A DNA stretch of 32,995 nt from Patescibacteria group bacterium (lineage in GTDB: Bacteria; Patescibacteriota; Minisyncoccia; Moranbacterales; UBA1568): NCBI GenBank assembly GCA_030916545.1, contig JAUPWI010000029.1:1-32995 (forward strand). The letters are read 5' to 3'. The notes beneath the pieces are model-generated. The model was not told the DNA's origin. It did no database searches and saw only the letters and a list, made by a program, of their open reading frames with translations. A program made the translations under genes and the position numbers. This document shows, piece by piece, positions 9,477 through 18,436 of this stretch (the first letter of the stretch is position 1; the number at the start of each line of letters is the position of its first letter).

Positions 9477-10151
9477 ATGGCCGATATGTTGTCTCTCTCA
9501 GCCCTTCCCCGTGAGGCGGCTGGAAAAAATTTGAACAGTTCCCGCAAGGCAGGTCTGATCCCGACGGTACTGTACGGGCACGATGTGGCCCCGAAACTCT
9601 TCTGGGTGAACGCGATCGAATTCGGTAAGGTGTTCCATGCCGCTGGTGAGAGCACTATCTTCTCTTTGGTTGCGGGCAAGGGAGCCGCTCTCAATGTCCT
9701 GGTGCATGACGTGCAGCTGGACCCGCTCTCTAATCGTATTTCGCATGTGGATTTCTATCAGGTGGATATGGACGAGGAGTTGGAGACGGATATCCCGCTC
9801 GAATTCATCGGTGAAGCACCGGCGGTGCGCGCATTCGGCGGTGTTCTGGTGAAGACGCTTGAGAGCGTCGAAGTCCGTTGTCTTCCGAAGAATCTCCCGC
9901 ACTCCATTCAGGTGGATATCTCCACCTTGGCGACTTTCGACGATCAGATCAAGGTTTCGGATCTTGCTCTCGGAGATGCTATCGAGATCATGACTGAAGC
10001 CGATACGGTACTCGCTTTGGTCGAGCCACCACGGACGGATGCCGATATGGCGGCGCTTGAAACGAAGGCCGAGATGGATGTCACCAAGGTCGCAGGAGTC
10101 GTGAAGGAAGCGCCGGTCGCCGATGTCGAGAAGAAGAAAGAAAAGAAATAG
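9477..10151 (+). CDS. rplY: 50S ribosomal protein L25 / general stress protein Ctc (long form)
   Basis: ...REAAGKNLNSSRKAGLIPTVLYGHDV...HDVQLDPLSNRISHVDFYQV is the L25 signature. It is followed by the Ctc-type C-terminal domain and an acidic/lysine tail. Confidence 0.9.
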   Translation: MADMLSLSALPREAAGKNLNSSRKAGLIPTVLYGHDVAPKLFWVNAIEFGKVFHAAGESTIFSLVAGKGAALNVLVHDVQLDPLSNRISHVDFYQVDMDEELETDIPLEFIGEAPAVRAFGGVLVKTLESVEVRCLPKNLPHSIQVDISTLATFDDQIKVSDLALGDAIEIMTEADTVLALVEPPRTDADMAALETKAEMDVTKVAGVVKEAPVADVEKKKEKK

Positions 10152-10179
10152 GGGGAATTCTAAGCAGGCACCATAAAAA

Positions 10180-10216
10180 CCACTTCGACATGATGTCGGA
10201 GTGGTGTTTGGTTTTT
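10180..10216. terminator. Intrinsic terminator after rplY, also usable from the minus strand
   Basis: CCACTTCGAC (10180-10189) pairs with GTCGGAGTGG (10195-10204), 10 bp including one G.U. It is followed by TGTTTGGTTTTT. An A5 run precedes it, so the reverse complement is also hairpin + T5. Confidence 0.65.
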
Positions 10217-10246
10217 AGGGAGGAGTTTCTTCCGGGGCAATGGCTA

Positions 10247-10275
10247 TTGACAGAAATATAGAAAAGAGCTATAAT
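10247..10275 (+). promoter_or_regulatory. Perfect consensus sigma70 promoter
   Basis: TTGACA (10247-10252), exactly 17 nt, TATAAT (10270-10275). This is the best promoter match I found in the window. Confidence 0.7.
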
Positions 10276-10281
10276 GGAATA

Positions 10282-10459
10282 CCAAGAATAGAGAGTCATT
10301 TCAAATGGTTTCAGATTTCTGCCCGAGGGTCCGAGGGGGGAACCCTCCTACTCCCCGAGGCTTAATTGTGCGAAAGACAGCGTGCTGTCCGCCGTACGCC
10401 TTCCGGGCGGAAATCTGAGTCCGTTTGTTGGTTACCGTCCCTCGGAAGGGGCGGTTTTT
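10282..10459 (+). ncRNA. Candidate ~180-nt structured sRNA of unknown family (rod-like; 6S-like in size only)
   Basis: It is bounded by the consensus promoter and a hairpin + T5 terminator. It has no ORF longer than 5 codons, and the next gene (pth) is convergent. Long-range pairings: 10311-10325/10404-10418, 10302-10308/10421-10427 and 10281-10285/10428-10432. Confidence 0.5.
10435..10459 (+). terminator. Intrinsic terminator closing the sRNA candidate
   Basis: CCGTCCC (10435-10441), loop TCGGAA, GGGGCGG (10448-10454), then TTTTT (10455-10459). Confidence 0.65.
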
Positions 10460-10499
10460 GTATGGTCCGTGCCGGCGTATGCCGTACGCTTACCTGCCC

Positions 10500-11078
10500 T
10501 TAATCGCCTGATTGCTTGGGTGCGGCTTTCTCTATGAGTGCCGGTAAGGAGGGGAAGACCGATTCGAGGAGTCGTTGTTCGGCATCAGGAAAGGTTTCAA
10601 GGACATATTCATGCGTCGAACGGCAGGCGGAGGGCGCGGTATCCGATGGAGAAGAGATGGGTGACGGCCGGCCGATACCGAGACGGATGCGGAAGAAGTC
10701 CTGGGTACCGAGCTGATCGATGATGTTTTGGACGCCGTTATGTCCGGCAGCACGGGAAGAGCACGTCGTCCTCACTGTCCCCGGCGCGATATCGAGGTCG
10801 TCGTGCAGGACGAAGATATCATTCGGAGTGAGCCTGTAGTATCGCATGAGAAGGGAAGCAGCATTGCCTGACCGATTCATGAACGTGCTCGGTTTGATCA
10901 GGAGATACTTTTCTCCCCGGACGGTGCCCACGGATATTTCGGCGTGAAAACGGATGTCACGGTGGAATTTTTCAAAACCGAAATGCTCGCGGAGGAAATC
11001 GAGCGCCTGAAAACCGGCGTTATGCCGTGTTTTCAGATACTGTTTACCCGGATTTCCCAGGCCGACGATCAGTTTCAT
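10500..11078 (-). CDS. pth: Peptidyl-tRNA hydrolase
   Basis: From the ATG at 11078: MKLIVGLGNPGKQYLKTRHNAGF..., plus ...HDDLDI... and GHNG motifs. The track start at 11096 is a TTG that overlaps the upstream stop (TTGA) and remains a possible alternative. Confidence 0.93.
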   Translation of the reverse strand: MKLIVGLGNPGKQYLKTRHNAGFQALDFLREHFGFEKFHRDIRFHAEISVGTVRGEKYLLIKPSTFMNRSGNAASLLMRYYRLTPNDIFVLHDDLDIAPGTVRTTCSSRAAGHNGVQNIIDQLGTQDFFRIRLGIGRPSPISSPSDTAPSACRSTHEYVLETFPDAEQRLLESVFPSLPALIEKAAPKQSGD

Positions 11079-11092
11079 ATAGAGGGTGTGAT

Positions 11093-12739
11093 TCAACGTT
11101 GTTTTCTTTCCGTAGGTGGCGCTTGGGGCATGATTATTTCACCGGCCGTTTCCTCGGGTGTCGTACCGGTTTCCCCGATAAACGCGTTTTCTTCCAGGTC
11201 TTCACCAATCGTCAGGATGAAATCAGCCTGAGGATAGCGGTCCCGGGACGGATCCGGCGGAGATGTCTGTTCCAGATCGAAACGGGACAGGAGCGCATTG
11301 TGGCTGTAGAGTTTCTGCCCCCCGGTCGTATCTGATATGGTACTGTGTTTCGGGGTATCTTCCAAACGTCTTTCGGAGAGGGAGACTTTTTCGAAGCCGA
11401 GTTCATCGGTAAGCAGTTGCCGCAGGGTATCGGCAAGGATGCGCTGATCGGGTGAGTTGAGGATGAGGAGTGAGGCGTGTTCGTTCGCGATCCGTTCCTG
11501 CTCTTTCCTGAGGCTTTCGAGGGAGAAGACATGGTGCGCAAGCGTCCGTATCTCTTTCCAGTTCCCCGTGCGTGGCAGGAGGACGAATGCGTTGCCGTTT
11601 TGCGTCGGGATATGTGAAACTCGGAGCAGACTTTCCCGTTTCCAGGCATCGATGACGACGGTCGTGATATTTTTCGTGTCGAGCGTGCGTACGAGGGCCA
11701 GGAAGCTCTCCATTTCATCGAGCGTGATATCTGTCTTGATGCTGGCTCCGAGCGTGTCGAGCAGGCGGGAGAGCGTGAAGATATTGAGGAATGTGCCGGT
11801 AGAGAACACCTTATCGCGTACGGCCTGCATGACCTGTTGTTGGCGTTTCGCCCGGCCGAAGTCTCCTTCCGGATCGGAATGGCGTTCCCGGACATATTTG
11901 AGGGCCGTAGCCCCGTCGAGTTTCTGCCAGCCTTTCGAGATCTCGAAGGTTTCATAACTGTAATTCTTGCCTGGATAACGGGTGTCCAGGAGATCACGCG
12001 GCACGTCGACCGAGATGCCTCCGAGCGTGTCGATGATTTTTTCGAATCCGTCGAAATCGGCGACGATCGAGTAGTGGACGGGTTCCCCGGAGATTTCTTC
12101 TATGGTTTCCCGGAGAAGAGCGACGCCATCCGATGTGTTGAGTCCGATCTGATAGATGGCATTGATTTTGGTATGGTTGGCACTTCGGCCGATGGGCGCG
12201 TAGAGATCGCGTGGAAATGAGAGGAGCGCGACTTGACGGGTCTTCGTATCGATACTGGCGAGCATGATTGTATCGGTGAGATTTTTCCCCGGGTAGTGTT
12301 CTCCAGCTCGACCGAGCAGGAGGATGTTGATGCGGTTTTCGTCGGTTTGTTTCAGCGGAGCGCGTTTCGAAAAAAGCGTTCTGGCGGCGTCGGTTATCTC
12401 GAGAAAAAACGAACTGTCGGTCCGGCTTTCGAAGGAGAGTGTTTTTCCCATGTGCGCGAACTTCGAAAAGAGGAAGAAAGTCCATCCGAGAAGCAGGATG
12501 CCCACCATGATTCCGATGCCGAGGAACAGTCGCTTCCGCTGAGAAGTGTTTTTGGACGGTTCCCGATGGACGGGGCGTTTTTTCGATGCCAGAAAAGCCG
12601 GTTCCGACCCAAGATCGATCGGATGTCGTTTGGAATCAGAGCTGATTTCTTGCGGAGGAGGTGAGAGTTTCCTTTTGGGTTGGAGACTGTCCATTTTTGA
12701 GTATCGTGGCTTTTTTAAGGGAAGAGATGAGTCTTGCAC
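11093..12739 (-). CDS. LytR-CpsA-Psr (LCP) family cell-envelope phosphotransferase with an N-terminal disordered region, one TM and a long C-terminal extension
   Basis: LCP core: INILLLGRAG...NLTDTIMLASIDTKTRQVALLSFPRDLY...INAIYQIG...ALKYVRERHSDPEGDFGRAKRQQQV. TM segment: LFLGIGIMVGILLLGWTFFLF. The start is uncertain: GTG at 12739 or ATG at 12694. Confidence 0.85.
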   Translation of the reverse strand: MQDSSLPLKKPRYSKMDSLQPKRKLSPPPQEISSDSKRHPIDLGSEPAFLASKKRPVHREPSKNTSQRKRLFLGIGIMVGILLLGWTFFLFSKFAHMGKTLSFESRTDSSFFLEITDAARTLFSKRAPLKQTDENRINILLLGRAGEHYPGKNLTDTIMLASIDTKTRQVALLSFPRDLYAPIGRSANHTKINAIYQIGLNTSDGVALLRETIEEISGEPVHYSIVADFDGFEKIIDTLGGISVDVPRDLLDTRYPGKNYSYETFEISKGWQKLDGATALKYVRERHSDPEGDFGRAKRQQQVMQAVRDKVFSTGTFLNIFTLSRLLDTLGASIKTDITLDEMESFLALVRTLDTKNITTVVIDAWKRESLLRVSHIPTQNGNAFVLLPRTGNWKEIRTLAHHVFSLESLRKEQERIANEHASLLILNSPDQRILADTLRQLLTDELGFEKVSLSERRLEDTPKHSTISDTTGGQKLYSHNALLSRFDLEQTSPPDPSRDRYPQADFILTIGEDLEENAFIGETGTTPEETAGEIIMPQAPPTERKQR

Positions 12740-12832
12740 TCAGGCAAAAAATCTGTTAGAATATGAGTGTTTTCTTTTCTCTCGCGGGAGAGACTGGAGC
12801 GGTGAGGGATAAGTCGCTTGTTTGATGTCGAG

Positions 12833-13465
12833 ATGCTTGGAGAAGCGCCGAAAAACGAGACGGAATTCGAGGCGACCCTGACGACGGGACAGCTTTTCCT
12901 TGAATTGGCCAAGGTGATTCTCTTGGCACTTATCATCATTATACCGGTCAGAGCCTTTCTCTTCCAGCCCTTTTTCGTTTCGGGGCAGAGCATGGAGCCG
13001 AGCTTCGATGAAGGTCAGTACCTGGTCATCAGCGAGTTCGGATACAAGACCACGGATGCCCTTTTCGGGATTCCGTTCGGTTTTACGATTCGTCCGCACA
13101 AGGACCTGCATCGGGAAGACGTGACCGTATTCGAATACTCGAAGGATCCGGAGACTTTTTTCATCAAGCGCGTCATCGGTCTGCCGGGGGAGTCGATCGA
13201 GATCAGGCGCGGCCGGGTCGTCATTTACAATAGCGCGAATCCGGAAGGCATGTTTCTCGATGAGAGCGGGTATCTGTCGCGGGAAGCGCTCCTCAGCCTT
13301 CAGGATATGCCGAGAGTCACCCTCGGGGAGAACGAATATTTCCTTATGGGGGACAACCGGGGCCATAGCCACGATTCGCGTTCCTTCGGGCCGGTGAAAC
13401 GTGAGCGGATTACCGGGAGAGTGCTCCTGCGTGCGTGGCCGCTCGATACGGTGAAGATTTTTTAG
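12833..13465 (+). CDS. lepB: Signal peptidase I
   Basis: Catalytic Ser box VSGQSMEPSF, Lys box FIKRVIGLPGESI, and YFLMGDNRGHSHDSRSFGPV. I take the ATG at 12833; the track start at 12818 is TTG. Confidence 0.9.
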   Translation: MLGEAPKNETEFEATLTTGQLFLELAKVILLALIIIIPVRAFLFQPFFVSGQSMEPSFDEGQYLVISEFGYKTTDALFGIPFGFTIRPHKDLHREDVTVFEYSKDPETFFIKRVIGLPGESIEIRRGRVVIYNSANPEGMFLDESGYLSREALLSLQDMPRVTLGENEYFLMGDNRGHSHDSRSFGPVKRERITGRVLLRAWPLDTVKIF

Positions 13466-13536
13466 GGGGCGGCAGATTCGAATTTTTTTGAGCGGCAGGT
13501 CCGGTTGAGAACGGTAAATCAGATAAAGCAAGGATT

Positions 13537-14916
13537 ATGGCGAAGACTACAGCGAAGTCGGCTGAAAAAACGGCGGCGGTCGCGAAGACAGCCAAGAAGG
13601 CAGAGAAGCCGATCAAGAGCGAGGAGGAGATCCTGCTTCAGGCGCTGCGGGGGATGCGGGATATCCTGCCGGATGAGCAGCCGTATTGGGAGCGGGTGCG
13701 GCGGGTACTGACACATGCGCAACAGGAATACGGTTTTCAGCGTATCGATTTGCCTTTGGTTGAGTTTTCCCATCTCTATCTGCGTAGTATCGGAGAAGGC
13801 ACGGATATCGTGGATAAGGAGATATACGCGTTCACGACCCGCGGGGGCGATAAGGTCGCGCTGCGTCCGGAGATGACGGCGGGGTTGTGCCGCGCGTATA
13901 TCCAGCATGGCATGTCCGTCCTGGCGAAACCGGTGAAGCTGTTTTCCATGGGTTCCCTTTTCCGGTACGATCGTCCGCAGGAAGGACGCTATCGTGAACA
14001 CACGCAGGCCAATTTCGATATGTTCGGTGAGGATGATCCGATCCTGGATGCTCAGGCGCTCCAGCTGGCATACCGGGTCGTTCGTGAGCTCGGATTGAAG
14101 CATATCGAATTTCAGGTGAACAGTATCGGTACGCCCGAATCGCGCAAGGATTATGAGAAGTCGCTCCTGCGTTATCTGGAATCGCAGAAGCATCGGTTGT
14201 GTCAGAACTGCCGCGAGCGTTTCGAGAGTAGTCCGATGCGCATCCTCGATTGCAAGGAGGATAAGTGCATCCAGCTGACGGCCCATGCCCCGCAATCGTT
14301 GGATTATCTTGATCAGGAATCACGGGATCACTTCAAGCGGTTGCTTGAATATCTGGATGAGTTGGAATTGCCGTATGTCATCAATCCGCGCCTGGTGCGG
14401 GGACTTGATTATTATACGCGGACCGTCTTTGAGGTCTGGTCGAGTGATAAGGAGGGGAAGAAGTATTCGCTCGGTGGAGGCGGGCGGTACGACCGGCTCG
14501 TGCAGATGCTCGGAGGCGAGGCGACTCCGGCCATCGGATTCGGGCTCGGTATCGATCGGATCGTACTGGAGATGAAACGGATGCAGGTGAAGCCGTATGA
14601 GATGCCGAAACCGAAGGTGTTCCTCGCGCAGCTCGGTGATCTGGCGAAGAAAAAGAGTCTGCGGATTTTCGCGGATCTGGAGAAGAGCGGTGTGCTGCTC
14701 GCGGAAAGTTTCGGTCGCGGAAGTCTGAAATCGCAGATGCGCGTGGCCAATCGTATCGGGGCGGAAGTGACCATCATCATCGGGCAGAAGGAGGCATTGG
14801 ACGGGACGGCGATCGTGAAGGATATGATTTCCGGAACCCAGGAAACGGTGACACAGGAACGCCTCGTGGACGCGACCAAAAAGATTCTCAAGGCGAACCA
14901 GATCCTGATTCCGTAA
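13537..14916 (+). CDS. hisS: Histidine--tRNA ligase, with a ~30-aa Lys/Ala-rich N-terminal extension
   Basis: Class II motifs are present: LRGMRDILP, ...RYDRPQEGRYREHTQ..., GGGGRYDRLV. A C-terminal anticodon-binding domain follows. Confidence 0.95.
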   Translation: MAKTTAKSAEKTAAVAKTAKKAEKPIKSEEEILLQALRGMRDILPDEQPYWERVRRVLTHAQQEYGFQRIDLPLVEFSHLYLRSIGEGTDIVDKEIYAFTTRGGDKVALRPEMTAGLCRAYIQHGMSVLAKPVKLFSMGSLFRYDRPQEGRYREHTQANFDMFGEDDPILDAQALQLAYRVVRELGLKHIEFQVNSIGTPESRKDYEKSLLRYLESQKHRLCQNCRERFESSPMRILDCKEDKCIQLTAHAPQSLDYLDQESRDHFKRLLEYLDELELPYVINPRLVRGLDYYTRTVFEVWSSDKEGKKYSLGGGGRYDRLVQMLGGEATPAIGFGLGIDRIVLEMKRMQVKPYEMPKPKVFLAQLGDLAKKKSLRIFADLEKSGVLLAESFGRGSLKSQMRVANRIGAEVTIIIGQKEALDGTAIVKDMISGTQETVTQERLVDATKKILKANQILIP

Positions 14917-14932
14917 GCGATGCCCGACATAT

Positions 14933-15286
14933 ATGGAGACCGTTTTTTCGAAAATCATCAGGAAAGAGATACCAAAGGATATTCTCTATGAGGATGAGAT
15001 GGTCATAGCTTTCGAAGATGTCCATCCGATCGCCCCAGTGCATGTCCTGATTATCCCCAAGAAACCAATCGAGAGCATCGCGACTCTGGAAGATGGGGAC
15101 GCCGGGATAATCGGGCGCATGTTCCTAGTTGCGCGTGATGTCGCAAAGGACTTGAATATTTCCGAAAAAGGGTATAAGCTGCTTATCCGGGTCGGACGTG
15201 ACGGCGGACAGGAAATCGGGCACCTTCACCTGCATCTGTTGGGAGGCGCGCGCCTCTCGGAGAATATCCATCCGGTGAAGACGTAG
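14933..15286 (+). CDS. HIT-family (histidine triad) nucleotide hydrolase
   Basis: FSKIIRKEIP..., AFEDVHPIAPVHVLIIPKK, and the triad GHLHLHLLGG. Confidence 0.9.
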   Translation: METVFSKIIRKEIPKDILYEDEMVIAFEDVHPIAPVHVLIIPKKPIESIATLEDGDAGIIGRMFLVARDVAKDLNISEKGYKLLIRVGRDGGQEIGHLHLHLLGGARLSENIHPVKT

Positions 15287-15402
15287 TGGGTTCTTGTATT
15301 TTTCGGAGCGTGCTTGCCGGGGCGTGAGACATGGGCTCGCGCATCGACAAGTGCTTTCCGGGGTACCCTCGGATCGCCCTCTAGAGAAAGGAGGTTGGGA
15401 AT

Positions 15403-15657
15403 ATGATACAGGTAAAACGTAAGGAACGGGAAACTGCCGAAGGTCTTATCCGGCGTTTTTCTCGTCGCGTCCAACAGAGCGGCGTCCTTCGTCGCGTCCG
15501 GAAGCTTCGTTTCCGTCAGGGAGAGAAAAGCAAAGATGAACGACGGAATGAAGCGCTTTATAAAGTGAAGATACGCAAAGAAATCGATCGTCTGAAGAAG
15601 ATGGGCAAGTTCGATGAGCATGCACTTCAGGAAATCAAGAAACGTCTGAATGCCTAG
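15403..15657 (+). CDS. rpsU: 30S ribosomal protein S21
   Basis: MIQVKRKERETAEGLIRRFSRRVQQSGVLRRVRKLRFRQGEKSKDERR is a typical S21. A strong SD (AAAGGAGG) lies 7 nt upstream. Confidence 0.9.
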   Translation: MIQVKRKERETAEGLIRRFSRRVQQSGVLRRVRKLRFRQGEKSKDERRNEALYKVKIRKEIDRLKKMGKFDEHALQEIKKRLNA

Positions 15658-15875
15658 CGCATAGACGGCGGCGCGATTTCGGGGAGAATGGTCCGGGGTG
15701 TGGTCGTCAGGCCAGGGCGCCTCGGACCTTTTTCTGAATATCCCTCTCAGATCTCACCGCGCGAAGAATCAGGAAGCGGGTGTTTTTTCCGACAGGGGAT
15801 CGAGAGAGATGCGTCAGCCCCCTTCGATTTTCAGATGTTTTTTTGGGTGTAACCGATATAAAATACATACGACCT

Positions 15876-16337
15876 ATGGGATTGATAGCTGTGTTGCAAG
15901 ATGAGTTGAAATCGGCCATGAAGGGCGGGGATGCGGAGCGGCGGGATACGATCCGTTTCCTTCAGAGTGCGCTCAAGAATACCGCAATCGATCTTCGTAA
16001 GCCGGTGGCCGACTTGTCGGATGAGGAAGTGCGAGCGGTCATCAGAAAGCTTGCCAAGCAGCGCCGGGAGAGCATCGCGCAGTATCGCTCCGGATCCCGT
16101 GAAGACCTCGCGGAGCGGGAGGAGAAAGAATTGCATATTCTTTCCGAATTCCTGCCGGCGGAGATGGAGGAGGAAGAGATGCGAAAAATAGTCGCCGAGG
16201 CACTGATAGAGTGCGGAGCGGTTTCCCGGAAGGACGGAGGTAGGGCTATGGGTTTTGTCATGAAGAAGATCGCCGGTCGGGCATCGGGAGATGCGGTAAG
16301 ACGAGCTGTGAACGAGCTTCTGCCGGAGGAGGCGTAG
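15876..16337 (+). CDS. GatB/YqeY domain protein
   Basis: From the ATG at 15876: MGLIAVLQDELKSAMKGGDAERRDTIRFLQSALKN...LSDEEVRAVIRKLAKQRRESIAQYRSGSREDLAEREEKELHILSEFLP... matches the YqeY family pattern. rpsU-yqeY adjacency is common. Confidence 0.8.
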   Translation: MGLIAVLQDELKSAMKGGDAERRDTIRFLQSALKNTAIDLRKPVADLSDEEVRAVIRKLAKQRRESIAQYRSGSREDLAEREEKELHILSEFLPAEMEEEEMRKIVAEALIECGAVSRKDGGRAMGFVMKKIAGRASGDAVRRAVNELLPEEA

Positions 16338-16503
16338 GCCGGTCCGGAATCCATCGTGTGGGACGCTGTTTTGGATTGGGCGGAGAAGGAAAGGATGGTA
16401 TCATGAGAAAGACTTGGAACCGGAGCCGATTTTTTTGAGGTTCGTTGTGTTGGGCCGGTCGAATGTCGTTTTGGTGATCTATCTTTGAGATATCCGTATC
16501 GTT

Positions 16504-16860
16504 ATGAGGACACGAGTGGTATTCAGAAGTGCGCGGCATGCCATGAGCGGCATTTCATTCGCGCTGGTTCGAGAGCGAAACTTCCAGATCGAATGCGGAA
16601 TCGCGATCGGGGTATTGGTATTCGCGTGCTGGTTCCCGCTGCTTCCTGCGGAATGGGCCCTCCTTTTGCTCGTGATCGGTTGGGTGTTGACGCTTGAACT
16701 TATCAATACGATCATCGAGCGTATTCTCGATATCGTGAAGCCGAATGTCCATCCGTACGTGCGTGTCGTGAAGGATATGGCTGCGGGAGCGGTGCTGATC
16801 GCTTCGTTCGTGGCGATCCTGGTCGGAATTTTCATTTTTCTGCCGCATCTCATAGGATGA
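16504..16860 (+). CDS. dgkA: Prokaryotic diacylglycerol / undecaprenol kinase family protein
   Basis: 118 aa with 3 TM. It carries LTLELINTIIERILD...H...VKDMAAGAVLIASF, the DAGK_prokar signature. Confidence 0.8.
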   Translation: MRTRVVFRSARHAMSGISFALVRERNFQIECGIAIGVLVFACWFPLLPAEWALLLLVIGWVLTLELINTIIERILDIVKPNVHPYVRVVKDMAAGAVLIASFVAILVGIFIFLPHLIG

Positions 16861-16975
16861 AATTATGCAAGCGATCGGATATGGGTTATAATTTCCGATA
16901 CTGCCGAGGGCGGTGGATTTTTTTCTGATTTTTCCCGGAATCTTTTCAAATACAAACATAGCGAACGAGATTATT

Positions 16976-18238
16976 ATGTCTAAAGGTCGTCTGTTGGTTG
17001 GTTTAGACATCGGATCGGCGAATATCCGCGTAGTTATCGCCGAAGAAGCATCGGAAGAGGCGTTGTTGCGCGTGATCGGGGTCGGTGAAACCCAGTCCAT
17101 GGGCGTTCGCCGTGGAGCCGTGGTGGACACGGAAGCGGTAGCGAAGGCGTGCCACATAGCGCTTGAACACGCTGAACGCATGTCTGGGCACGCATCCGAG
17201 CGGGTTTTCGTGTCTCTGTCGGGTGCTGATATCCTTTGCCAGGAAGCGAACGGAGTCGTGGCGGTCAGCCGGCCTGACGGAGAAGTCGGGGAAGATGATG
17301 TCGTTCGGTGCCTGGGTGAAGTCGAAGCTCGTCTCTCCTTGCCTTTGAATCGCGAGGTGATACACGCTCTTCCGAAAAGTTATCGGTTGGATGATCAGAA
17401 GGACATCAGGGATCCCGTAGGTATGCGAGGTGTCCGGCTTGAAGCGACGGCACTGATCGTGACCGGGAGCACGGCTCAGCAGAAGAATATCGGACGGGCG
17501 CTTGAGCAGGCAGGTACGCAGGCGGAGTCATCGATCGTCGAGCCGCTCGCCGCGTCTGAAGCGGTGTTGCATCAGAAACAGAAGGAACTGGGAGTCGTAT
17601 TGATCAATATCGGGGGGAGTACGACGTCGATAGCGGTATATGAAGACGGGAATCTGTTACATCTGGCCGTTCTTCCGGTCGGGAGTGGTCATATCACTAA
17701 TGATATCGCTATCGGTTTACGGACATCCATCGATGTTGCGGAGGCCGTAAAGCTCCAGTACGGTACCGCTGATCCTCGCGAGGTCGGGAAGCGAGAGGAA
17801 ATAGACCTTGCCCTGTTCGACGTGCATGAGGAAGGGATGGTGTCCCGTTATCATATCGCGGAAATCATCGAGGCGCGTATGGAGGAGATATTCACCTTTA
17901 CGAATACTGAGTTGAAAGCGATCGGCCGGGACGGACTGCTCCCTGGGGGGGCGGTTCTGACCGGAGGAGGCGCTCTTCTGCCGGGGGCAGCGGATCTGGC
18001 TAAGCGGATACTTCGCCTTCCGGCCCAGATCGGATATCCGAAGCCTCTGGGAGGGATACTTGACCAGGTCGATTCACCGCAGTTCGCGACCGTTGTCGGG
18101 CTGGTGCTTTTGGCGGAAGAGAGTATACTGGGGAAAAGAGGAAAGATGCGTGGGTGGACGACTGAGCGGTCCGTTCCGGATTGGGTGCGGCAGACTTTCG
18201 AGAAAACACAGAAATTCGCGAAGCGCTTTCTTCCTTGA
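16976..18238 (+). CDS. ftsA: Cell division protein FtsA
   Basis: From the ATG at 16976: MSKGRLLVGLDIGSANIRVVIAE... shows actin-like ATPase motifs (LINIGGSTTSIAVY, GSGHITNDIA, VLTGGGALLPG). It sits immediately upstream of ftsZ. Confidence 0.93.
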   Translation: MSKGRLLVGLDIGSANIRVVIAEEASEEALLRVIGVGETQSMGVRRGAVVDTEAVAKACHIALEHAERMSGHASERVFVSLSGADILCQEANGVVAVSRPDGEVGEDDVVRCLGEVEARLSLPLNREVIHALPKSYRLDDQKDIRDPVGMRGVRLEATALIVTGSTAQQKNIGRALEQAGTQAESSIVEPLAASEAVLHQKQKELGVVLINIGGSTTSIAVYEDGNLLHLAVLPVGSGHITNDIAIGLRTSIDVAEAVKLQYGTADPREVGKREEIDLALFDVHEEGMVSRYHIAEIIEARMEEIFTFTNTELKAIGRDGLLPGGAVLTGGGALLPGAADLAKRILRLPAQIGYPKPLGGILDQVDSPQFATVVGLVLLAEESILGKRGKMRGWTTERSVPDWVRQTFEKTQKFAKRFLP

Positions 18239-18436
18239 GAGTCCGTGCTGAAGGCTCTTCGGGGTTCGAGTAAAAAATCAAAAAACGAAAACAAAAGCGT
18301 TCCTTGGGTGGAGAATACTGCTTGATGCTTTTTTCTGTCGTGTGATAGAGTAGAGTCTCCGGCGAGTGTTCCCTTCTGGAGCGTTTTTTTGTACAGGATG
18401 CGGGTACGATAATACTTTTTTCTTGAGCAGAGGATT

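Noticed and set aside
10399-10406. The minus-strand 8-mer CCGGAAGG is identical to the apex of bacterial 4.5S/SRP RNA helix 8.
   Set aside because: The flanking sequence lacks the conserved GGAAGCAGCC / AGCA loops. The promoter and T-tract terminator orientation both favour the + strand. An 8-mer match is weak evidence.
10500-11096. TTG start for pth overlapping the LCP stop (TTGA).
   Set aside because: The ATG at 11078 gives the canonical MKLIVGLGNPG N-terminus. The TTG start remains possible through translational coupling but is not needed.
11212-11997. 261-aa ORF in a second minus-strand frame, and + strand ORFs at 11457-12664.
   Set aside because: They overlap the LCP gene, which carries clear family motifs. 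The alternative frames are Ser/Arg/Pro-rich shadows.
12740-13531. 263-aa minus-strand ORF.
   Set aside because: Antisense to lepB, whose catalytic boxes are unambiguous on the + strand.
13519-14295. 258-aa minus-strand ORF (also 13832-14323 and 14320-14958).
   Set aside because: Antisense shadows of hisS. Arg/Leu-rich with no motifs.
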